Virus record (IMG/VR): IMGVR_UViG_3300023184_000083
Span: 1 to 64,000 of that record
Source of the DNA: a virus
DNA length: 64,000 nt
Reading direction: 5' to 3' (one strand)
Part shown: positions 10,391-22,566 of the stretch, one piece after another
Numbering within the stretch: position 1 is the first letter of the stretch
How the letters are laid out: every line of letters starts with the position of its first letter
The notes under the pieces: generated by a model
Told to the model about the DNA's origin: nothing
What the model saw: only the letters and a program-made list of their open reading frames with translations
Database searches by the model: none
Made by a program: the position numbers and the translations under genes

Positions 10391-10672
10391 TTAGGATGCT
10401 TTTCCTATTTTTTCGTCAATTATTTTTAAAGAATTACAATATCTGTCTATCACTTTGTAAAGATGATAAATACCCACATTGTCGTTTGACAGCACTGGGA
10501 GTTCCCATGTTTCGTAATCCATTAAATCGGGGTCAATTTGTGCTTTGATACAAAACCCAAACAACTCCCTGAAAGTTTCATTTCTAAGTTCTTCTAGTGC
10601 GGCCGTCTTGTCTTCTGCGTTTAAAAAATCACCTAAAGGCATCTTTGTCCATCCTGTTGTGTTGAAAACCAA
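10391..10672 (-). CDS. Hypothetical protein, paralogue of 243..473 (start may be ATG 10642)
   Basis: KTAAL...IDPD motif. Confidence 0.6.
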   Translation of the reverse strand: MVFNTTGWTKMPLGDFLNAEDKTAALEELRNETFRELFGFCIKAQIDPDLMDYETWELPVLSNDNVGIYHLYKVIDRYCNSLKIIDEKIGKAS

Positions 10673-10777
10673 AACAACTGTTGTAAAGGTTTATTCTAAT
10701 TACTATTGGTTGCAATGCTTCGGAAGTAATCAACAGAATCATACCATTATGAATTACTGTTTTGATATAATCTCAAA

Positions 10778-11023
10778 ATGAGTACGGCATGGCAAGAGTG
10801 GAAAAAACGCAACGCAGATAAACAGCAGGCAGGAATAGTATCCCCTTTGGATTTCATTAACCCCGAGACAGAATACGCATCGGTTGAAGAAGCACAAAGC
10901 AGAATGGAACTCTGTGAAGGCTGCGAACACTACCTTGCAACAAAACAATGTTCACAATGTGGCTGTTTCATGCCTTTAAAGACAAAACTACTTCATGCGG
11001 TGTGTCCAGTAAATAAGTGGTAA
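10778..11023 (+). CDS. Small Cys-rich protein (DUF6171-like)
   Basis: R...C..C......QC..CGC....K......CP..KW. TATAAT lies 6 nt before the ATG. Confidence 0.75.
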   Translation: MSTAWQEWKKRNADKQQAGIVSPLDFINPETEYASVEEAQSRMELCEGCEHYLATKQCSQCGCFMPLKTKLLHAVCPVNKW

Positions 11024-11066
11024 CACCGCTTTTCCCTTATGGTAAAATTGTCATGCGGGGGGTCGC

Positions 11067-13810
<2,744 letters not shown>

Positions 13811-13814
<4 letters not shown>

Positions 13815-13996
13815 TTTTAAGACTAGTAAAGAAGTTGTTGAAAGAAGCGCATAATCTTGCGTGGACTCTTGCCGGTACGGCGCTTGTTCTGATTACTCTT
13901 TCTGGAGACGTAAAGAAGATTGGTATCTGGATTAGTGGCGTCACATTAACCATCCATCTATTAGGTATTCTGCTTACTCCCAATAACGAAGAATGA
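13811..13996 (+). CDS. Small 2-TM membrane protein
   Basis: Two hydrophobic helices. Overlaps the stop of the previous gene. Confidence 0.65.
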
Positions 13997-14030
13997 TAAA
14001 ATTGACTATTCGCTTTTAAAAGGAATTGTC

Positions 14031-14561
14031 ATGGCCAGAAAATATTCTTATTACCCCAGTTTTGACGGAAAAGGTGCAAAGCCTGGAACTGAAAAACTCG
14101 CAGAACTCTGCAACAAGAGATGGAAAGCCTCTAATATGGGGATTTACCAGGCCAGATTGATGCGAAACTCTCACACCGAAGGTAAGAAGATTGGCGACCC
14201 TGGTATGGAAAAGTGGATGTCCGTTCATGCCACCGGTGCTGCTGTTGACCTTGGATACGAAGACCGCAAAGTTGGAGTTGAAATGTGGGATTGGTTATTG
14301 GCACACACAGCCGAACTCGGTATTGAAGAAATTCACGATTACTCATTTGACAAAGATGCCAAAGACGGCAAGCCTGGCTATGGAAGAGGCTTCCGCTGTT
14401 CAAGAGGTGAAAATTCTGCAGGGGTAAAATTGTTTACTGTTGATGACAATGCTGGAAGTTTTGGCGGCAAGTGGTTGCATGTAGAACTTTCTCCAGAGAT
14501 GGCAAAAGATGCTGCAAAGTTTGAAGCAGCATGGCGTGCACTTCCTAAGCCTGGTGCATAG
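14031..14561 (+). CDS. Endolysin-like Zn peptidase (M15/LAS fold)
   Basis: SVHATGAAVD (SxHxxGxAxD) and a downstream LHVE. Sits next to holin-like genes. Confidence 0.75.
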   Translation: MARKYSYYPSFDGKGAKPGTEKLAELCNKRWKASNMGIYQARLMRNSHTEGKKIGDPGMEKWMSVHATGAAVDLGYEDRKVGVEMWDWLLAHTAELGIEEIHDYSFDKDAKDGKPGYGRGFRCSRGENSAGVKLFTVDDNAGSFGGKWLHVELSPEMAKDAAKFEAAWRALPKPGA

Positions 14562-14564
14562 TTC

Positions 14565-14792
14565 GTGGAAGCAATTACAGTTGCCATCATCACTATGGTT
14601 GGTGCAGTCATTGTTGCTCTTGTTGAAAAAGGGCGACGCGAGAACAAAGCAGACCACGGCGTTGTTTCAGGCAAATTAGACCTTATTGGAAAGAGCCTTG
14701 GCCGCTCTATTGACCGCGTTGAAGAAACAGTTATTCGTAATGAAGTAAAACTTGACCAACACATTCGTGACCACGTAAAGGGAGATGCCTGA
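14565..14792 (+). CDS. Membrane protein of the lysis cassette (1 TM plus coiled coil)
   Basis: N-terminal TM and LDQHIRDH tail. Confidence 0.6.
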   Translation: MEAITVAIITMVGAVIVALVEKGRRENKADHGVVSGKLDLIGKSLGRSIDRVEETVIRNEVKLDQHIRDHVKGDA

Positions 14793-14998
14793 TGGCCGGC
14801 AAAAAACCAGCAAAACCAATGGCAGGACAAACTAAGCAAGCAATCCTTGACCCTTCTGTTTATGGAACTCAAATTAGATATTACGGAACCAAGGGCGCAT
14901 CGGCAAAATGCCCTTCATGCGGTAAAGAAACAATCAAAGGGATGGTTCGTATCAAGAACGACCTTTTCTACTGTTCTTTGGTTTGCGTTAGTAAATAA
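14792..14998 (+). CDS. Small zinc-finger protein
   Basis: CPSC...YCSLVC. Confidence 0.55.
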   Translation: MAGKKPAKPMAGQTKQAILDPSVYGTQIRYYGTKGASAKCPSCGKETIKGMVRIKNDLFYCSLVCVSK

Positions 14999-15021
14999 AT
15001 AAATCATGCTGGGGGGCATTC

Positions 15022-15252
15022 ATGAAAACATTGTTACTTAGAATTCTTGCAGTTTTTGCTGCGTCTGGATTAAGCGTTATTGGTGCTGGAGCAATCGCCG
15101 GCGTTGAGTTATGGAAAGCATGTATGATGGCAGGGATAGCCGGAGTAGCAACAGTTATTGAAGGACTTTCTAGGGCTTTTCTTGATGATGGAAAATTATC
15201 CCTGCAAGAAATCAATGAAGTTTTCAACAAGGTTGACAAGAAGGCTGGCTGA
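15022..15252 (+). CDS. Holin-like membrane protein
   Basis: Two TM helices and a charged tail (DDGKLS..EINE). Confidence 0.6.
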   Translation: MKTLLLRILAVFAASGLSVIGAGAIAGVELWKACMMAGIAGVATVIEGLSRAFLDDGKLSLQEINEVFNKVDKKAG

Positions 15253-15360
15253 AAAATAGTAAAATATACATAGCGGGAATTGCATTTTCCCTGTATAGAG
15301 ATAAGCCACTAAATCTAAATCTATCCAATAATCAGATTGGGATTGAGATAGTGTGAATCC

Positions 15361-15693
15361 ATGAGCCTCACAAATGAAATGGTCTGGCACAACGACGGCC
15401 ACGTAATCCATTTAAAAATCAACAAATCTGAACTAGAAGTAGTTGAAGTTTTTTGTCCGAATGAAGATGTCGGCGAATGCAAAAATGAATGGTACGGCTG
15501 TGTCGTTAAGTGGTTTATTGACAGTTTTGGCATGGAGTGCAACGTTGGCTCATGCCCTGCTTTACCAGAAATGGAAATTTGTTGGACAATGTCTGGAGAT
15601 GGGCGCGAGATAGAAACTGGTCAACTGTGGTTTATGCCTCTTGCTGACGAAGTTTTTAATGCTTGGTTTATAAGCAGGGTGAAACCTGAATAA
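15361..15693 (+). CDS. Hypothetical protein
   Basis: 110-aa ORF. TAGTGT lies 6 nt before the ATG. Confidence 0.65.
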   Translation: MSLTNEMVWHNDGHVIHLKINKSELEVVEVFCPNEDVGECKNEWYGCVVKWFIDSFGMECNVGSCPALPEMEICWTMSGDGREIETGQLWFMPLADEVFNAWFISRVKPE

Positions 15694-16005
15694 TTAATCT
15701 TGGGCAAGGACTGAGCGTCTAGACGCAAAGTCATAAATCTGCTGTAGTCCTACTGGAGTGACTATCCAAGATGTTTCGGTAACTTTTTTAATAGAGCCGT
15801 TTTTTAACAAAACCTCTATTGCCCTATTAACGTCACGACTATTACTTATCTTTGATGTGAACCCTAAAACGTTTTCCACCGTAAAAGGTGCTTTTTTTAT
15901 CTTTGCGTAAGCCAGGACTACATACGAACTTCCACCATATTTAAAGGTAGGAGCCTTCATTACTGGCTTCATCTTGGCTTTGGCTATGTGTCTACTAGGC
16001 ATCAT
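15694..16005 (-). CDS. Putative winged-helix protein
   Basis: RDVNRAIEVLLKNGSIKKV...W.VTP.G pattern. Confidence 0.5.
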   Translation of the reverse strand: MMPSRHIAKAKMKPVMKAPTFKYGGSSYVVLAYAKIKKAPFTVENVLGFTSKISNSRDVNRAIEVLLKNGSIKKVTETSWIVTPVGLQQIYDFASRRSVLAQD

Positions 16006-16015
16006 TAGAGTCTAT

Positions 16016-16453
16016 CTAAAATGGCTCATCTTCCTCGGTGACCACCGGCACGTTAAGCCTGTTTACCGCACTGATAACACTCTGAAGACGACGTATATCA
16101 GGGTGGTTTTTTATTTTTGAAGCATTGAAGGCGTAGACGTTTTTGCGTTCGTATTTTGTCTTTGTAATTAACCCTTGTTCTATAAGGGTTTTAATCGTTC
16201 GCTCAATCATATTTTCACTTAAATCTAAATAGACAGCAAGTGCGCGATGGGTAATTGTTGGGTCTTCCATCAAGGTGTAAAGAACCCTTCCTGGAGTAGA
16301 GAACAAATCAACCTCGCCGGCCGTTGAATAATGAAGGAGTCTTTGAGTATCTAGAAGCCTCATAACTTCTTCAACTAAATTCTTATTTCCTTTGACACCC
16401 TCAAGCCCGCTCAACGCTAGATGTACTTCTGCTGATTTACTTTCATTCTTCAC
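16016..16453 (-). CDS. Winged helix-turn-helix DNA-binding protein (MarR/AsnC-like)
   Basis: DPTITHRALAVYLDLSENMIERTIKTLIEQGLI. GTG 16453 is preceded by GGAGG. Confidence 0.75.
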   Translation of the reverse strand: MKNESKSAEVHLALSGLEGVKGNKNLVEEVMRLLDTQRLLHYSTAGEVDLFSTPGRVLYTLMEDPTITHRALAVYLDLSENMIERTIKTLIEQGLITKTKYERKNVYAFNASKIKNHPDIRRLQSVISAVNRLNVPVVTEEDEPF

Positions 16454-16548
16454 AGGTTCCTCCGATAGACACAGACGAAAGACTAGCATTCTTGCATGCT
16501 GTGGAAATTGCATGTAAGTTATCCACAACCACTAGGGAGGAAAGCCTA

Positions 16549-16815
16549 ATGCTCAAAGAAAAACTACTTGAACTAAACAAGCCATCCGCAGGAAAGAAGT
16601 GCACTGTGTGTACCTATTATGAAGCAATGGATACCGAGACAAAGGCCGCTTTTGCAAGCATTATGACTGGTACAACAATATCAAATCGCCGCATTGCTGT
16701 CCTGTTAACCTCAGAAGGATTGCGCGTTAGTGAAAACACTATTAACCGTGTACGCAAGACCTGCTTTGCTGATGGACTTATTGCTGGATGTTTAACTGGA
16801 GAAAATAATGTCTGA
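16549..16815 (+). CDS. Hypothetical Cys-containing HTH-like protein
   Basis: SD GGGAGG. C..C and SNRRIA...VSENTINR. Confidence 0.6.
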   Translation: MLKEKLLELNKPSAGKKCTVCTYYEAMDTETKAAFASIMTGTTISNRRIAVLLTSEGLRVSENTINRVRKTCFADGLIAGCLTGENNV

Positions 16816-17986
16816 TAAAAAAACACTTGTTGAAAAACTTACTGAAGTTTCGTCTGCTGAAGCAAAAGGCGAAATAAAGAAGAAAATGCTTGGAACTCTA
16901 GCGGACATGCTAGAGCGAAAAAATATTGACATTACGGAGATTGGTGACATCAAGCGTATCTCTCTCTATCAGTCAATGATTAAAGACGACCAAGGCGAGG
17001 CTCAGATTCATGACCTTGCGGCTATCCAGTTCTCTCCTAGTTGGGAGTCTGGTCCAGAATGGCCAGTAGTGCAACAAGGGCCTTCCGTACAACTACCAAA
17101 GTTAACGACAAAAGCATCCGAGCCAAAACAGTTCAAAACGTGCGTCGTAGTGCCTGATATACAGATAGGTTTCTACCGAAATCAAGACGGAACACTAGAA
17201 CCAACCCACGATGAAAAGGCTATTTCTATCTGTTTAGCGATGATTAAGCAGTTAAAACCAGATGTTGTGGCTTGTGTTGGGGATAACTTAGACCTTCCGG
17301 AGATGGGAAAGTACCTCACTTACCCAGCATACGCTCAAACTACTCAGGCATCTATTGACAGAGCCACTGTATTTTGTGCAGAAATGCGTGCTGCTGCCCC
17401 TAATGCCAAGATTGTTTGGCTTGCCGGAAACCATGAAGAGCGCATGCCTAAGTATCTTTTGACCAACGCCGGCGCTGCCTATGGGTTGCGTAAAGGAAAC
17501 ACCCCAGAATCCTGGCCGGTGCTATCAGTGCCATATCTTTGCCGAATGGACGAGTATGGCGTTGAATACAAGCCTGGATACCCTGCGGCAGACCTTTGGA
17601 TTAATAATAAACTCAAGATTATTCACGGTGACCGCGTTAAGTCTTCTGGCTCAACCGCACATGTATATCTCAACAATGAAAAGGCTTCGGTAATCTATGG
17701 ACACATTCACCGCATTGAGACGGCGTTTAAAACACGTGAAGACTACGATGGTGCTCGGACAATCATGGCTGCATCTCCTGGGTGTCTTGCTCGTATTGAT
17801 GGCGCTATACCTAGTACAAGAGGTGGGGTAGACCTAGACGGTCGCCCTTTGACTCGTATTGAAAACTGGCAGCAAGGTGTTGGCGTAGTTACTTACGAAG
17901 ACGACGGAGACCACAAGTTCTCCTACGAAGTCGCCACCATCTATAACGGTTGGGCAATGTTCCGTGGCAAGGAATACGTAGCATAG
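16808..17986 (+). CDS. Calcineurin-like metallophosphoesterase
   Basis: PDIQ, GDNLD, GNHE, HGD, GHIH motifs. Confidence 0.88.
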   Translation: MSDKKTLVEKLTEVSSAEAKGEIKKKMLGTLADMLERKNIDITEIGDIKRISLYQSMIKDDQGEAQIHDLAAIQFSPSWESGPEWPVVQQGPSVQLPKLTTKASEPKQFKTCVVVPDIQIGFYRNQDGTLEPTHDEKAISICLAMIKQLKPDVVACVGDNLDLPEMGKYLTYPAYAQTTQASIDRATVFCAEMRAAAPNAKIVWLAGNHEERMPKYLLTNAGAAYGLRKGNTPESWPVLSVPYLCRMDEYGVEYKPGYPAADLWINNKLKIIHGDRVKSSGSTAHVYLNNEKASVIYGHIHRIETAFKTREDYDGARTIMAASPGCLARIDGAIPSTRGGVDLDGRPLTRIENWQQGVGVVTYEDDGDHKFSYEVATIYNGWAMFRGKEYVA

Positions 17987-18615
17987 TGACAACACTGGTA
18001 GGAATACAGGGAGACGGGTACGCAGTTATCGGCTGCGATACTCAGATATCGTCTTTTGACGACTCTGGAAGTTCCTATCAGATTTCCACACTAGGAACAG
18101 GCTCAGCAAAGATTGCCATTAACAGCAAGTATTTGCTAGGTGCTGCTGGGGACATGAGGGCAATTAACATCCTTCATCACGTATTCCAGCCACCTATTCC
18201 TACTCCTGGTTTAAGAGGAAAGAAACTAGATGCATTCATTACTGCTAAATTTATCCCGTCTTTAAGAGCGTGTTTTGATTCTCAGGGATACTCACCTCCA
18301 GACGGTAAGGATAAAGAACACTCAGCAGAGCAGGGCTCGTCAATTGTTGTAGTTATTAATGCTTCTATCTACCTAGTAGAGCATGACTACAGTTGGACTT
18401 CCGAGGCTAATTGCATGTACGCAACTGGGTCTGGGTCTTCATACGCACTAGGGGCGATGCAAGCCCTTGCTTCTGGCAAGAAACTAACCATTCAACAGGC
18501 TAAGACCACATGCCTAAAGGCGTTGAGTATCGCCGGCAAGTTTGACGCCTATACCGGCGCACCGTTTCAGACGTTTACACAGGAAGTTCCTAAGAAGAAA
18601 ACTACTCCTGAATGA
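17986..18615 (+). CDS. Proteasome beta-subunit / HslV-like Ntn protease
   Basis: GTG start gives (M)TTLVG with an N-terminal Thr nucleophile. Also D.Q.S, GSGS.YA.GA, D.YTG. Confidence 0.85.
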   Translation: MTTLVGIQGDGYAVIGCDTQISSFDDSGSSYQISTLGTGSAKIAINSKYLLGAAGDMRAINILHHVFQPPIPTPGLRGKKLDAFITAKFIPSLRACFDSQGYSPPDGKDKEHSAEQGSSIVVVINASIYLVEHDYSWTSEANCMYATGSGSSYALGAMQALASGKKLTIQQAKTTCLKALSIAGKFDAYTGAPFQTFTQEVPKKKTTPE

Positions 18616-18742
18616 ACGACGCGCGCTTATATGTGAGCCATGTTCCCGAACAAGGTGTAAAGAACACCGTAGGGGAAGAGACAACTAACAAGGGACGGAG
18701 AGACTATCTGTTTGCTCCCTGTAAGGCTCAGGAAGGCTTCTT

Positions 18743-19078
18743 ATGACCGTTAATAACAATACCCAGAAAAAAGTTGCCCAACCAGAAGGATTACTGGATA
18801 TACCCAAAAAGGACTGGTTTGACCACGCAGCATGCAAAGGAAAGACCCTACTAATGTTCCCCAAAGAACATAAGGATATTACCTACATCGCACAGGCAAG
18901 AGCCATCTGCAAAGGATGCCCAGTAAGAGACCACTGTTTAGAGTACGCATTAGAGTTTCCACCTGCAGATATGCATGGAGTATGGGCAGGGCTTACATCA
19001 AGACAACTAGCCGCAGAGCAAAGACGTAGGGGAGTTAAGCCAGTAAGGCCAACCCTTAGTCAACTGTGGAGTATCTAG
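18743..19078 (+). CDS. whiB: WhiB-family transcription factor
   Basis: Four Cys (AAC...C..CPV...C) and GVWAG. Confidence 0.92.
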   Translation: MTVNNNTQKKVAQPEGLLDIPKKDWFDHAACKGKTLLMFPKEHKDITYIAQARAICKGCPVRDHCLEYALEFPPADMHGVWAGLTSRQLAAEQRRRGVKPVRPTLSQLWSI

Positions 19079-19416
19079 CCGATTCGGAATGAACAGGTGC
19101 GACAGAACTCGGCGTTATCAAAAGTCACTATCTTCATATCGCACTCTTCCTTGCCACAGGGCATCAGAATCTTTTCACCTAGAAGGTAACTACGCAGATA
19201 CTCATCGGGTGTGGGTTTGGGATGAGGAGCAGGACCCGCTGGGAGACCCTTTGCTTGCTGGCAATAGTCAAAAATGGTCCAGTCTAAGAAAGCCGAGAGC
19301 GTCATTCCTTGAGACTCTGCTGCTTTTATTAAGAGATTCTTTTGGGCTCCGGTCACCTTTACGGTGATGACGTGAATAGCCTTTGGGGTTCTTGATTGTT
19401 TAGGTTTACGCCCCAT
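19075..19416 (-). CDS. Ribbon-helix-helix protein with C-terminal Zn-binding motif
   Basis: ITVKV...K..L..AA...GMTLS.F, followed by CxxxxC...CxxC. Confidence 0.6.
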   Translation of the reverse strand: MGRKPKQSRTPKAIHVITVKVTGAQKNLLIKAAESQGMTLSAFLDWTIFDYCQQAKGLPAGPAPHPKPTPDEYLRSYLLGEKILMPCGKEECDMKIVTFDNAEFCRTCSFRIG

Positions 19417-19573
19417 CGCGTTCCACCAGAAGAGTTATATATTCGGTAAGGGTCATACCGATGGCTTCGGACTGATTCATAAGGCGGATTTTGAAGGCTG
19501 CAGGGATACGCAGAGTCAAGGTGACTACTGGTTTCGTAGGAAGAGAAGGCGGTCTACCTGTATTGTTCTTCAC
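19406..19573 (-). CDS. Small ribbon-helix-helix protein (not in the ORF track)
   Basis: Translates MKNNTGRPPSLPTKPVVTLTLRIPAAFKIRLMNQSEAIGMTLTEYITLLVERDGA. Confidence 0.65.
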   Translation of the reverse strand: MKNNTGRPPSLPTKPVVTLTLRIPAAFKIRLMNQSEAIGMTLTEYITLLVERDGA

Positions 19574-19836
19574 TTGGTCTCCATTCGGTTACGGGCGAAC
19601 TCGCCACACCAATAATCAGACTCTACTACTTCTTCTTTAGGGAAGCGGTGACAGATACCAGAGTCAGTTCCAGGGATAGCGTCGTAGTAGACACACTCTG
19701 GGCAGTTACGGGAAGGCTTAGTCCAGTCAGTCCACGTGACCTCTATCCGAGCAGGATTGGAAGTCTTTACTGGGTAAGGAGAGATGCTTTTTGATACATC
19801 CTCTACTTGCGGTTCGTATTTGGTATTTTCGGTCAT
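19570..19836 (-). CDS. Hypothetical Cys-rich protein
   Basis: C.EC.YY...G.CHRFP...YWCGEF. Confidence 0.6.
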   Translation of the reverse strand: MTENTKYEPQVEDVSKSISPYPVKTSNPARIEVTWTDWTKPSRNCPECVYYDAIPGTDSGICHRFPKEEVVESDYWCGEFARNRMETK

Positions 19837-20318
19837 TTTGCTTGCTCCTGTGCTTTCTTTTCTGGAATTTCGTAGAGTTGTCGTTGTAGGCCGGCGACTA
19901 CGGATTCGTAAACTCGGATAAAGTTCTTCTGCGCTTCCCATCCGTCTATGTTCCACGCAGCGTCCCCAAGTAGATTAATCGTCTCTTGTACCCCAACTGG
20001 AATTGGGGCTTCGTTTGCTACTCCGGAATTAACCTTCTTCACGACCCCAACTAAAATTGCCCAAGCAACTTGGGGTAACGGTTGTTCCCCAACTTTATTC
20101 AGGGTATCCATATAGGTACGTCGGATGTCTGCTGGCTTCGGCATGAACTTGTCAGTCGCTACGATTCGCAGGAATGCTTGCTTGGCGTCTCGGTACTCCA
20201 CATCATGGAGGATGTCAAACCATGCGCGTAAGACAACCTTCTTATCTGTCTCGTAAAGAGTTTGGTTGTATGATGCAAATACTTGCATTACCAGTTCTTC
20301 TAGTTCAGGCTTGGTCAC
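19833..20318 (-). CDS. Replicative helicase loader/inhibitor (SPP1 G39P-like)
   Basis: W..IL.DV.Y..A..A......KF.P.PADIR. Lies next to the initiator-like gene. Confidence 0.65.
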   Translation of the reverse strand: MTKPELEELVMQVFASYNQTLYETDKKVVLRAWFDILHDVEYRDAKQAFLRIVATDKFMPKPADIRRTYMDTLNKVGEQPLPQVAWAILVGVVKKVNSGVANEAPIPVGVQETINLLGDAAWNIDGWEAQKNFIRVYESVVAGLQRQLYEIPEKKAQEQAK

Positions 20319-20677
20319 CAGTCTGTTCCCTTCTCACGTTTGTCGTATAAGTCCAGAAAGCGCTCTATGTGTTCTGCATCCCTAAGGATGAGACTAACAT
20401 CGTCGTACTTCTTGTTTGCGCGGTTGCGTCCCATGTGGAAGTCAGAGAAGGTACAGCCCTCTATGGCGTTTTGTACTCTCTCTAATCCATAGTCATGAAT
20501 TGCGGCTCCTATACATTGCCGACGTTTATCATCAAGAATTGGCCGCGACTTCTCCAGCATGTTGGTCCAGAAGTTAAACGCGTTGATGATGTCTTCTTCC
20601 GCCACCGCTGCAGTCTTTGAGGCTTGAGACATTTTGTGAGCAGACTTACGTCTACCCCTCTTAGTAGGTTCTGTCAT
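20315..20677 (-). CDS. Phage replication initiator-like protein (C-terminal domain type)
   Basis: YG.E....AI......FH.G.N....Y.D...ILR pattern. Confidence 0.55.
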   Translation of the reverse strand: MTEPTKRGRRKSAHKMSQASKTAAVAEEDIINAFNFWTNMLEKSRPILDDKRRQCIGAAIHDYGLERVQNAIEGCTFSDFHMGRNRANKKYDDVSLILRDAEHIERFLDLYDKREKGTDW

Positions 20678-20987
20678 AGTTTCACTATACCGTTCAATCG
20701 GTAATTAGAGCAATGTCTTAAAGAAATAACGTTACTAACAATTTAGTGTCACTAACCCCTTTGAAGGGGGTCCGGGGGAAACTTTACGAAATTCAATTTG
20801 AATTCCGCGCAGCACAAAAAGGATTCCATTTTTCAGGAATGTTTTTTGTAGATGCTTGGCGCGCCATCTGTTGTGTCTCCGAAGTTACCATCAAAAGTCC
20901 CGAGACGCAAGTCAAGGAGAAAAATATTTTTATTCCGTGTGGGGAACAGTACCCTGTGGATAACTACTTGTAGTGTAGTCTAGTCGG

Positions 20988-21086
20988 CAGCCGGGGCATT
21001 TCCTCCTTTCGTACCGGCTACGTTCCCGGGTGTGTAGCAGATGTAGAAGTAGGTGGCTCATCCGTCTCCGCCCGGGAACACTTTCG
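20988..21086 (+). ncRNA. Candidate two-hairpin sRNA with an anti-Shine-Dalgarno loop
   Basis: TAGTCT -10 at 20976-81. Stem AGCCGG(20989-94)/CCGGCT(21014-19) encloses CCTCCTTTC (21002-10). Second stem GTTCCCGGG/CCCGGGAAC at 21022-79. Confidence 0.45.
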
Positions 21087-21123
21087 CATTCCTTTCCACC
21101 ACCGTCGCTGCTTACGATAAATT

Positions 21124-21654
21124 TTACGCCGACGCCGGCGATTCAAAATCCTCCAGCGGTAGTAGGAACGTATCTGTTTCCCACAAAATTCCAACAGCCG
21201 CGTAACCGATGACGTCCATAAAGTTGTCAATCATGGATTCGTTCCAGGGGTTCTTGAGATTTGATGTCAAGTTCTCCAGGCGTGCAATCTTGTCGTGCAT
21301 TCGGACGACGAGGCCGGTAGTCCCGAATCTCGCGATGTTCTCTGGACCATAGTCTGACTGCTTACGAATCAGTGTCTTGAGTAGCAGGTCGTCTTCCTGG
21401 AGGTAGTTTTCAAATTGGCAATCGGATTGCGTATGCCCCGCGTGCATCCCCAGGGCCCCCAGTTCAATCCAACATTTTTCACGATTTTCTTTAGACATGG
21501 CCGCCGGCCCTTGAGGCTGCATGATTATGTCAATAAATTTATCTAAACATTCTCGCACGTCGTAGAGTTTTACTTCTTCAGCCATCTCTGCCGCGCGCCA
21601 ATAAATCTTCTGCACCGCAAAGCGCGCTGCCTCGTTCCAAGTTTTCATAGCCAT
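21124..21654 (-). CDS. DUF1599-like nucleotide-modification-associated domain protein
   Basis: RKQSDYG...GLVVRMHDKIARL...ESM.DN..D..GYA. Confidence 0.75.
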   Translation of the reverse strand: MAMKTWNEAARFAVQKIYWRAAEMAEEVKLYDVRECLDKFIDIIMQPQGPAAMSKENREKCWIELGALGMHAGHTQSDCQFENYLQEDDLLLKTLIRKQSDYGPENIARFGTTGLVVRMHDKIARLENLTSNLKNPWNESMIDNFMDVIGYAAVGILWETDTFLLPLEDFESPASA

Positions 21655-22073
21655 TTCTCCCAGTTAATCTTCGGTAGAGGGTTGCCCTCCAACATTTCCA
21701 CAACAGTTTCCAGCATCCTGCCTAGAATCTTTTGCCAGATGTAATCTCTGTAGTCTTTTTCGTAGTTGTTTTCTAATTTTTCCATGATGGCTGTTACCAG
21801 AGAATCTGGGAACGCTGCGATTATTTGTCCTTTTTCAGTTCCTGGGAAAAGGTTGGGGCAAACCGTCATGTCCAACGCGCTGTCTTTATAATGCATTCCC
21901 TGGATGACGACATCTGGTCCGGCACCTACGAAGAGTAAGGAACCCATTTCGTCAGGAGTTATTTCTCTGATGGCCTTAGACGTGGCAGGGTATTTTTTTG
22001 AGAATTCGCGCAGCGCCTCAAGGGCCTGTTCCGCTGTTTCATATTCAGAAATTTCGTAGGGTTCGTCTGTCAT
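21645..22073 (-). CDS. Hypothetical protein
   Basis: 142-aa ORF in the leftward gene run. Confidence 0.65.
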   Translation of the reverse strand: MTDEPYEISEYETAEQALEALREFSKKYPATSKAIREITPDEMGSLLFVGAGPDVVIQGMHYKDSALDMTVCPNLFPGTEKGQIIAAFPDSLVTAIMEKLENNYEKDYRDYIWQKILGRMLETVVEMLEGNPLPKINWEKWL

Positions 22074-22194
22074 GATTGCTTTCCGCCACCGTAGCGGCTT
22101 GGGGAGTGTTTTGTCAAGTGCTGAAGAAAAAGATTTTTTAAAAAATCCTATTTCCTTCGCGCTCGTTGTATTTTGTTGTAATAAAGTTCACTCC

Positions 22195-22566
22195 ATGGAT
22201 AACACTACACGTTTTGAACTTTATATCCGAGCCTTGGAACAATTCGCCGGACGTGAGGGTCATACCAGAGTCCCGGCCGTTCACGTTGAGAACGTTGACG
22301 GCACTGATGTGCATGTCGGGGCTTGGGTGGGTTACACTAGACAGCGTCGCAAGAAGGGATTCCTTCCCGCGGAACGAATCCAAAAACTTGAAAATTTGCG
22401 TGAATGGACGTGGGGCCCTCTGAAGCCAGGGCCGGCGACCAATAATAATAGAAATTCTGAGATTCTTGGGATGCGCAGCCAGGGGATGACGCTTCGTCAA
22501 ATTGCAGATTCGTTTGACTTGAGCCGTCAGCGCATTCACCAGATTGTGAAGAAAACTAATGCCTGA
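22195..22566 (+). CDS. Helicase-associated (HA) domain fused to a sigma70 region-4-like HTH
   Basis: F..REGH..VP...G.WV...R...L...RI..L, then G.TLRQIA..F.LSRQRIHQI. Confidence 0.75.
   Translation: MDNTTRFELYIRALEQFAGREGHTRVPAVHVENVDGTDVHVGAWVGYTRQRRKKGFLPAERIQKLENLREWTWGPLKPGPATNNNRNSEILGMRSQGMTLRQIADSFDLSRQRIHQIVKKTNA

Noticed and set aside
20596-20611. Partial motif B (CTTCCGCCACCGCTGC) inside the initiator-like gene
   Set aside because: It is coding (AAVAEE on the minus strand) and diverges after the core, so it was not counted.
20746-21230. ORFs 20746..20973, 21018..21230 and 21030..21212
   Set aside because: They have no recognisable motifs and overlap DnaA boxes, hairpins and motif B. 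The region is more consistent with non-coding DNA.
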